A DNA stretch of 64,000 nucleotides from positions 1,426,001 through 1,490,000 of the forward strand of contig BQFW01000010.1 in the NCBI GenBank assembly GCA_020891255.1. Reading direction: 5' to 3'. This stretch comes from Entomortierella parvispora E1425. Taxonomy: Eukaryota; Fungi; Mortierellomycota. Each line of letters begins with the position of its first letter. The first letter of the stretch is position 1. This document shows positions 1 to 9,082 of this stretch, piece by piece. The notes beneath the pieces are model-generated. The model had not been told where the DNA came from. It was given only the letters and a program-made list of their open reading frames with translations, and ran no database searches. The translations under genes and the position numbers were made by a program.

Positions 1-312
1 ATCGACGTCTTGGAGATGACTTTTTTTCAACAATTCGGGATGGCAACATGGTCAAATCTCAAAAAGGAGACTTTCAACTTGCGCTTTGTTCGCTGTGACC
101 CAGTGCATTCTGTTCGACTGCGCTATTCACTGGCCGTTGTCGTATCGCTGTTGTTGTCTGGAGACTCTGGATATTTGTATTTCACACCTATTCTCATACC
201 GTGTCCAGTATCCGGACCCCAGCATTACCACCACCTCTTTCAACCTTTTGTTGGGCAGTATTCTAATATGTACCGGAATTCGTTATCTCTCCTTGGAAAT
301 CATCCTCTCTAG

Positions 313-806
313 GCCAGAACATCCGTAAGCTCGTCAAGGATGGTCTCATCATCAAGAAGCCCCAGACCATGCACTCGCTTTTCCGCCACCGCGAGAAGCT
401 CGCTGCCAAGCGTGCTGGTCGTCACTCTGGCACTGGTAAGCGTCAGGGTACCGCTGAGGCCCGTATGCCCACCACCGTCATCTGGATGCGCCGCCAGCGT
501 GTCCTTCGTCGCCTTCTCCGCAAGTACCGCGAGACTGGCAAGATCGACAAGCACTTGTACCACGTCTTGTACATGAAGGCTAAGGGTAACGTCTTCAAGA
601 ACAAGCGTGTCCTTATGGAGTACATCCACAAGGCCAAGGCTGAGAAGCTCCGCGCCAAGTTGATTGCTGACCAGGCTGAGGCTCACCGCAACAAGACCAA
701 GGCTGCCCGTACTCGCCGCAACGAGCGTGTTGCCGAGAAGCGTGCTGCTTTCTCTGGTGTTGAGGTCGCCGCTGAGGCTGAGGCCCCCAAGAAGTCCAAG
801 AAGTAA
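313..806 (+). CDS. RPL19: 60S ribosomal protein eL19, last exon (5' part lies outside the window)
   Basis: After the AG acceptor at 311-312 the frame reads [21 protein letters not shown]...GTAEARMP...[49 protein letters not shown], the canonical eL19 sequence. Strong C/T-ending codon bias. TAA ends at 806. Confidence 0.97.
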
Positions 807-1230
807 ATTTTGTGCCACTCCAACCCAGTCAAATAAAATTTACCCACCATGGAACCTGAAAACAGCTAGGCCAATCTTGAGAATAAACCCCCAATTGATT
901 GCTACTTACATCCTTCATCAGTTTTGAGCATTATGTTCTTGCCGACCGAGATACACTAGAATACCGTTGCTAAAGGTCGCAATGACCACCATAATATTCT
1001 TTTCCAGATCCAAAGTCATGTCAGTTGTCTCTTTAGTTTCCGCTTCGGTCAGCGTGTTTGCTTTGCAATTTGAACTATTGCTTATGTTGTGAATTGATTC
1101 GGTGTTGGAGCTCCTTGGTTTAGCAACAGGATAGGCAGTATCCAGACTGACATTAGCCATACAGAAAGGCTGATTGATGTTCAAAAGAGAAAGAGGGTAA
1201 TATTGAGTAAAGAATGAAAGCGAGGTGGAT

Positions 1231-1488
1231 TTATTTGTTCTTGGTCTGACGGTACGAGAAGCGTTTCCTGGTAGGGGCGAATTCTCCGAGCTTGTGTCCG
1301 ACCATCTCGTCAGTGACGGTCAGTGGGGTGTAGTCCTTGCCGTTGTGGATTTGGAACTTGAGGCCGACAAAGGAAGGGATGATGGTGCAGGCGCGAGCGT
1401 TTGTCCGAACAGGGATGTTCTGGGTCAGAGCTTGCCTAAGACCGGGCAGGGCCACGAAAAAGGGGCCTTTCCATGCAGAGCGAGGCAT
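1231..1488 (-). CDS. RSM19: Mitochondrial ribosomal protein uS19m (85 aa, intronless)
   Basis: [10 protein letters not shown]...[26 protein letters not shown]...[18 protein letters not shown] carries the uS19 signature HNGK...[10 protein letters not shown] at 1488-1486. Confidence 0.95.
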   Translation of the reverse strand: MPRSAWKGPFFVALPGLRQALTQNIPVRTNARACTIIPSFVGLKFQIHNGKDYTPLTVTDEMVGHKLGEFAPTRKRFSYRQTKNK

Positions 1489-1945
1489 TATGAGTTTATG
1501 ATTTGAAATGAGAAGAGGATGGTGTGATAGAGAAGCGATCTGCAAGCCGAGGTGAGTGAGCAAAGTGGCCGAGATGTAGCGAGAAGGACGACAGAGAGTG
1601 TGTTGATCGGATGGATGAGAGCAAAGCTGATAAATGGAAAGGGGATGAAATGAAATGAAATGAATGCAGTGGATTCGTTGATCTGGCCCCGATGGTGGCG
1701 TATGGCTCCTGTGGCACAGGGGCGGGCAGAGTGAGTGTGTTTACAAATTCCTGGAGCCATTCAAATAGACGTCACAAAATTAGCTCGGCTGGATCCTCCT
1801 GTCCAGGAGCAGGGTGCTGTGCCCTGTCCATTCGTCTCGTCCAGCTGAGCTTGCTGCTTGCGCTCAACATACATATTCTATTTTGGACGTTCATCATCAT
1901 CATCATCTCTCTCTTTCTCCCTCATCTCTATTTCTCTACATCATC
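1489..1945. promoter_or_regulatory. Putative bidirectional promoter, RSM19 / GDP-fucose synthase
   Basis: 457 bp between two head-to-head ATGs, with pyrimidine-rich tracts upstream of each start on its own sense strand. Confidence 0.55.
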
Positions 1946-3379
<1,434 letters not shown>

Positions 3380-3502
3380 AAATAACATTTACAAGTTTGT
3401 CTTGCTACACTTACATTTTTTGTGTTCTCCCATCCTCATTTCCCACTCCCTAAAAAAATCACCAGTATATTTTTTGCTGGAGGACATTTTTAAAAAAACA
3501 AT

Positions 3503-3513
3503 AAACAATCATG
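3503..3513 (+). repeat. Left copy of putative 8-bp target-site duplication, with a 3-nt insertion
   Basis: AAACAATCATG directly before the TIR. The right flank 8890-8897 is AAACAATG, identical once CAT is removed. Confidence 0.6.
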
Positions 3514-4195
3514 CAGCCTCGACAACTGGGCCACTTTTTCGAAAAAAGTGACCATCCTTCGTTGCACAGAAACGGTGGCTTCACTCAATTTTTTGGTGGC
3601 CACCACTTGGTCGCCACTCAAAATAAAGGAGTGGTGCAAAGGTGTCAACAAACCTGCAGCTCCACTCTTTTTCACTCTTTTTCACTCTTTTTCACTCTTT
3701 TTCACTCTTTTTGAGTGATTCCTGCAGGAAAATGGTGATTTGTCCCAAAAAGGATCGCATCCACCAAAAAAAAAAGTGGTCGCCAGTAGTCCCACCAAAA
3801 AAAAGTGGACCTCACTTGGGAAAGGAGTGGTCGGAACATTTTGTGCGACCCAAAAGCAGAGACAAAAAGCGCGTGTGCGGTGCGGTCCAGCGTCTCTCCT
3901 CTCGAGCAGCATGCGCATGCCCATACCATGGGCCACACTAGCTTCAAGCGTGCCGTGGTCTATCTGTTCACGCCTGTTTGTCCACGGATGTTTAATTGCT
4001 TGTCTGCCCTTTTTTTTTTTTTTTGTTTCCCGTCTTTTTCCAATCCTGGCCCAAGTCGACATTCTCTCCCAGTGAAATCGTATCATGGACGCGCAAGAGC
4101 AAGCCCTCCCTCCTCAACAACCCGAGGCTGATCCTGAACTCGTTCCCCAACCTCCACAAAACTTATGGCACCCACTGGTAGCGGGACTTGAAGAC
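3514..4195 (+). repeat. Left terminal inverted repeat (682 bp)
   Basis: Reverse complement of 8210-8889. By eye the only difference is a poly-T of 15 vs 13 nt (4010-4024 vs 8381-8393). The mirrored ORFs in the track translate identically. Confidence 0.95.
3663..3712 (+). repeat. Subterminal tandem repeat (CACTCTTTTT)x5
   Basis: Five perfect 10-bp units inside the left TIR. Confidence 0.97.
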
Positions 4196-4234
4196 TATTT
4201 TTTATGCATCGCTGTGCAGTACATATTCAACTAA
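4085..4234 (+). pseudogene. Truncated TIR-borne copy of the accessory ORF start (37 shared codons + 12 unrelated)
   Basis: MDAQEQALPPQQPEADPELVPQPPQNLWHPLVAGLED is identical to the start of ORF 7871-8320, then YFLCIAVQYIFN-stop once the TIR ends. Confidence 0.7.
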
Positions 4235-4304
4235 TGTTAAGGAAGGACTTCTCGTCATTTTTCTCCTAATGTTTACTCAGCTAAGTCTTATATCTTGAGA
4301 GCTC

Positions 4305-7300
4305 TCACCCAATGTTGCTATCCAAATTTTGGAATATGTCGATATCGTCATCGCCATCATTATAGTAATCGTCCAGTTTTATCTTGTAGCCGGTGTCCCA
4401 GGTAGCCAGCAAAACCAATGCCTTAAGCTTGAGGATACCAAGACGCGTTCTTTTTGCTGTAAGAACGCATCCAGAGACGCTAAAGAGCCTTTCACTTGCC
4501 GCTGAGGAGGCTTGTATACTAAAGAAGATGACAACAAACTGGGACAGGTACTTGAACATGCCTCCATGCACTGCCCACCACTCATGAGGTTTGTTGTAAT
4601 CTTTCAACGGTTCCGATTGGGCAAGTTCGATATAACTCTGCAGCTCCATCGACAGGAGCGTGGTGAGATCCTCAGTAGACTTATCCCCAAAGTCGATTCC
4701 TGTGCGCAGTGGACTTTCAGGATCAGCCGTTGCAAGAATAAGGTCCTCTGCAAGCTGTTTCAGTCTTTCTCCTTCCAATCCAGTGAAAAATCCATCATTC
4801 TTAATATTGGTAGGGTGGAGGTATGTGGCAATGAGGACTTCATCGGCCATATCAGCTGTGGAGAAGAGGCCTGCGAGCTGCCTTACAAACTTTTTCTTGG
4901 AACCGCTCCACAATAGGAATCGTCAACAGAGGGTCGGAACTCAGGACCTTGCGGATCTTGGGGTATAAGCCTGTGATGACAGGGTCGTTGGAGGACATTG
5001 CTACTGTCAATTCTGCGGTGGGTCGCAGGACAGTAAGAAGCTCCTTGAGAACATCGAACTCTTCGTTACTCAGAAGCTGACTACCATATTCTCGCCAAAA
5101 TGTCTTCTCCATTTGCGTGGCAGTAGGCATCTGCGCTCGCGCCTTGACCAGGTCTGTTGCTTCACGTAGCTCCAGAAGGCGCTCTATCATCATGAATCTG
5201 CTGTTCCATCGCGTAACAGTGAATGTGAGAGCCTTTAGTTCCTTTTGTTTTAAGTCGGATCGCGCTTTGCATAGGAGAGTTGATCCTCCGCTTGATAGGA
5301 ACGCCTTGTTGTGTTCTTCAGCCTTGCGGACAATAGTCTTTATATCACCCGTTGCTTCGATGATGTTGCGGATAAACAGTTGAAGTTTATGACAGGCACA
5401 GGGAAACCACGGACCAAAAGTTTCGTCATCGTTGATTAAAAAGTCGAGTTGTTGCTTTCATGACATTGGCGGAGTCGGTAGTACTGCAAAAGGCCTTGCC
5501 TTTTAGCCCCCAAAAATAAAAGGGTTCGCTCTAGAAGTTGTGATTTGTATTAGATCAAGCTGCAGCCAGGGCCAAAGACGACGGCAAGCAGAGCTACCAT
5601 CCACACTTACCTACTATATCCTGGATGTCAACAGCCGTCCCAGAACCAAAGTATTCCTCAAAACCAATCGCCAGAGATTTGGGTTTGTAGGTCTTTTTCT
5701 CGATGTAATGGAACGTGATCCCGATGAATTTCCGGCCAAATCTCTTCCAACCGTCGTAGGTAAAGCAGCCTCGAACGACTCCTGCAGCAAATATTTTGTC
5801 CAGTCGTGCGCGAGCATTTCCGTAAAGCTTGAATACACACTTTCCGACGGTTTGAGGAGAAGGCGACGGGTATGAAAATCCGAGAATTCTAGCGACGCCC
5901 GAGGCATACGGGCCAGTAACCACTGAGAACGGGAGTCTCTGTTGAATCGCGCTGTGAGTAGTGAATAGCTGTATAGCTTCTTGAGTACTCGGCAATATCT
6001 TGGTCAGCTGCGAGGACTTTGGCATTGTCTGGTCATAGAATACTGAATACCCTTCCGCGTTTCCTGCTTCCACATCTACATGAATTGACGTTTGATAGGT
6101 TAAAAATGTGATAGTGTACACCTATGAGTAATTCATTGAGATAGATTACCTTCGAATCCTTGATTTTTTCGGAATGTTGTCAATGCTGAGAGTATTTCTG
6201 GATGGTTCCTTGTAACATGTGCCGTACGCATGCCTGTACCTTGAGATCCTGGCTTATGGTAGTGACATCTGCGGTTCTGACTAGTCTTGACTCGGCAAAA
6301 GAACCATGCCTTTGGAATGTCAGAGACATAAGGAAACTTTTTCCCTGTGTATGGATCAACGGTTGGGGCGTTGATGGTGGGCTGGAGATCAACCTGGTTG
6401 ATTGTGGCAGGATTTGTTGTTGACACCTTCTCAAAGAAATGACGGTGCCATGCCCCTGGAATCGTAAGATCGATCTGCCTTATGGGTATATGTGCGAGCA
6501 TAGACTTGGCCTCCTTGCACACACTATATGGTGGGAGCTGGCCCACTTTCAGTGTTTTCTCGTAGTCTGCTATAGTCATGGATATACCTCCGCCATTTGG
6601 TGGAGGTTCGGAAAGGGCTGGGGTTGACCGAAGGAGTACAGGTGACGATGTACTATCGCCCGTTTGTTCCTGAGTGTACATTTCCACTTCGGACATCATT
6701 GATGGCTCTCGTGAAATGGACGCCACCGATGAAGTTCTACTCAGATTCCTTTGTCGAGCATTCCAAAGTTCCATTGGAGTTGTCTCAACTTCAGCCTCTC
6801 GGGCAGTTGGTGATACGGCTCGGGACGAAGCCCCAAGGTGTATATCTGCAATTGCCCTCGGTGCACCTGGAGTTGGACCACGGATTTGATCCGCAGGACG
6901 TTTCTTTGGAATAGTTGGAGGTACTCTGTAGTGCTCATAGGGCATTCCGGGAGGAGGGCGATACTGTGGATGAATGGGAAGAGTAGAATACTGCATAGTA
7001 TGGTGTGATTCGGTGTGATGCATCCCTGGGTAAGGACTGTATGGTACATCTGAATATGGATGGAAGTGGCCTGGTGGGTGGTAGACAGGTTGATTTGGGT
7101 CTTGAGAGTGATATTGAGGAAATTGATACTGTCCAGGGATATGGTATGCATGGTGAAGCTCATGAGGTTGGGAGTATGGGTACTGAGGACCTCGAGGTTG
7201 GGATGGAACTAGTGGGTTATATTGATGGTGGGAAGGTAGATAGGGATGAGGACGAGTCTGTGGTGCTTGAACAGCCTCATTATCGGTGTGGGAAGGAGGA

Positions 7301-7611
7301 CGAGGATGAGGATGAGGATGAAGGCGAGGAGGAGGATGAGTCCGGGGTGCTTGGATGGTCTCATTATCGATGTTGGAAGGAGGATGAGGACGAGGACGAG
7401 GACCAGTCTGTGGCTCTTGGACATCTTCAGTATCGATGCTGGAAGGAGGATAAGGACGGAGACGTGGACCAGTCTGTGGCTCTTGGGTAGCCTCAGTTTC
7501 GATGTTGGAAGGAGGGTGAGGAGGAGGATGAGGAGGAGGAGGATCGGTCTGTACTGTCTGGACAGCATCATCATCATCGTTGAAATGATGACTATATGGG
7601 TCGTAGTCCAT
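4305..7611 (-). pseudogene. hAT transposase, ~1050 aa, 3 exons, with 2-3 single-base frameshifts (possibly assembly errors)
   Basis: ATG 7611 (MDYDPYSHH). Pro/His-rich N-terminus, then a BED-like finger CRVKTSQNRRC...HVTRNH. Intron 6149-6076; exon with CFTYDGW (D1); intron ~5610-5531; then WGL...TTDSANVM (D2), PWFPCACHKLQL, VTRWNSRFMMIERLL, YLHP, and EWW...IQASSAASERLFSVSG (E, C-terminal dimerisation domain). TGA at 4305-4307. Confidence 0.88.
7224..7512 (-). repeat. Degenerate ~66-bp coding tandem repeat (4-5 units) in the transposase N-terminus
   Basis: Core CGATG(T/C)TGGAAGG-like words at 7500, 7434, 7368, 7284 and 7224 (spacing 66/66/84/60), encoding PPS(N/S/H)xDxExxQxPxTxPRP(H/Y)P units. 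Confidence 0.85.
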
Positions 7612-7870
7612 CGTGAGAGAAATGGTAGTACTATAGATGTTATAGAGAAAAGAAAAGGTAGAAAATAAGGAGGAAAAAAAGGAAAGAGGAAGAGGAAAGG
7701 AAAATTCAAGACAAGAGCATTGGAAGAAGTCAAGAGTTCCCACAGCATGGAGGAAACGGGAAGGTTCACAGTGCTTGCGATAAGCTTGGGCGATTTTCTT
7801 GGTCTGGGGCATGCATGCACACCATGGCCACAAAAACATCGAGGAAAAAATGTGAAGGGCTTCACATGGT

Positions 7871-8320
7871 TTATTGATCAGGTAAGAGATGTGTTTGATC
7901 CAAAGCTGGGTCACCTTGAGCGATTCGGAAGGCAACAACTGCATCGATCAAATCTCTGTGGGTGTTCCTGATGTGACGCAGTCGAATGTTCAAGCCAAAA
8001 TCAGAGCGAATTCTGTAAGGACAGTTCTGAACTTGACATTTAGAGAAGCGAGGACCAGTGTCTCCAGTGGCCCTGTCCTCCAATGCAAAAAAATTATTGT
8101 CAATCGATTGATTCCTAGCAACTCTGATAGGAACTGCGGCGAGGGCAAGCCTGTTTGCAGCGATGCATGCTTGAACTGGAGGGAGCTCACCAATTGGCAA
8201 TTGAAAGTGGTCTTCAAGTCCCGCTACCAGTGGGTGCCATAAGTTTTGTGGAGGTTGGGGAACGAGTTCAGGATCAGCCTCGGGTTGTTGAGGAGGGAGG
8301 GCTTGCTCTTGCGCGTCCAT
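7871..8320 (-). CDS. Transposon accessory protein (149 aa): stand-alone BED-like zinc-finger module paralogous to the transposase N-terminal domain
   Basis: Uninterrupted ORF with C-x4-C...H-x4-H (KCQVQNCPY...RHIRNTH). LPIGELPP..AC..A...LAAVPIR and FRIAQG align to transposase LKVGQLPP..VC..A...LAHIPIR and FRKNQG. Confidence 0.8.
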   Translation of the reverse strand: MDAQEQALPPQQPEADPELVPQPPQNLWHPLVAGLEDHFQLPIGELPPVQACIAANRLALAAVPIRVARNQSIDNNFFALEDRATGDTGPRFSKCQVQNCPYRIRSDFGLNIRLRHIRNTHRDLIDAVVAFRIAQGDPALDQTHLLPDQ

Positions 8321-8889
8321 GATACGATTTCACTGGGAGAGAATGTCGACTTGGGCCAGGATTGGAAAAAGACGGGAAACAAAAAAAAAAAAAGGGCAGA
8401 CAAGCAATTAAACATCCGTGGACAAACAGGCGTGAACAGATAGACCACGGCACGCTTGAAGCTAGTGTGGCCCATGGTATGGGCATGCGCATGCTGCTCG
8501 AGAGGAGAGACGCTGGACCGCACCGCACACGCGCTTTTTGTCTCTGCTTTTGGGTCGCACAAAATGTTCCGACCACTCCTTTCCCAAGTGAGGTCCACTT
8601 TTTTTTGGTGGGACTACTGGCGACCACTTTTTTTTTTGGTGGATGCGATCCTTTTTGGGACAAATCACCATTTTCCTGCAGGAATCACTCAAAAAGAGTG
8701 AAAAAGAGTGAAAAAGAGTGAAAAAGAGTGAAAAAGAGTGGAGCTGCAGGTTTGTTGACACCTTTGCACCACTCCTTTATTTTGAGTGGCGACCAAGTGG
8801 TGGCCACCAAAAAATTGAGTGAAGCCACCGTTTCTGTGCAACGAAGGATGGTCACTTTTTTCGAAAAAGTGGCCCAGTTGTCGAGGCTG
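8210..8889 (-). repeat. Right terminal inverted repeat (680 bp)
   Basis: Mirror of 3514-4195. Coordinate sums are constant (12403 outside and 12405 inside the poly-T difference). Confidence 0.95.
8691..8740 (-). repeat. Subterminal tandem repeat (AAAAAGAGTG)x5, mirror copy
   Basis: Five perfect 10-bp units inside the right TIR. Confidence 0.97.
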
Positions 8890-9082
8890 AAACAATGCCT
8901 CCCTCCCTCAATGATTGCTCAACCCATGATGTCGTCGCCACGCGGCCCCTGCAGAATCTTTTGAGAATTATTTATTAGATCGAAAGCAGTTTATTCCTTC
9001 TGAGTTGTTCAATTCTGTAAAGTTTGTTCTTTATGGGTGTTGTCCCCTTTGTATTCAAGTTGGCCTGTAAAAGTTGTCTCGT

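Larger units (their letters stand above)
3514..8889 (-). mobile_element. hAT-superfamily DNA transposon with ~680-bp terminal inverted repeats (5376 bp)
   Basis: Ends CAGCCTCG...CGAGGCTG. TIRs at 3514-4195 and 8210-8889. Flanking AAACAAT(CAT)G / AAACAATG looks like an 8-bp TSD. Internal transposase has hAT motifs TYDGW, TTDSANVM, CACH, TRWNS, WW and SSAASERLFS. Confidence 0.93.

Noticed and set aside
1-312. snoRNA hosted in the long RPL19 intron; ORFs 10-312 and 86-328
   Set aside because: No C/D (RTGATGA...CTGA) or convincing H/ACA arrangement seen, and the ORFs lack codon bias and run across the splice acceptor.
918-1184. 88-aa minus-strand ORF
   Set aside because: Lies in the 3' UTR gap between RPL19 and RSM19, with no recognisable motif or codon bias.
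3663-3712. CRISPR-like or telomeric array
   Set aside because: Direct 10-bp tandem units without spacers, not a G-rich telomere motif, and internal to a TIR.
3642-4181. Mirror-image ORF pairs (99, 134, 81, 111, 108 aa) at both element ends
   Set aside because: By-products of the inverted repeat and simple repeats. Only the ATG at 8320/4085 starts a protein-like sequence.
3514-8889. Classification as MULE/Foldback because of the long TIRs
   Set aside because: The TRWNS, WW and SSxxSERLFS dimerisation-domain motifs and the 8-bp TSD are hAT features.
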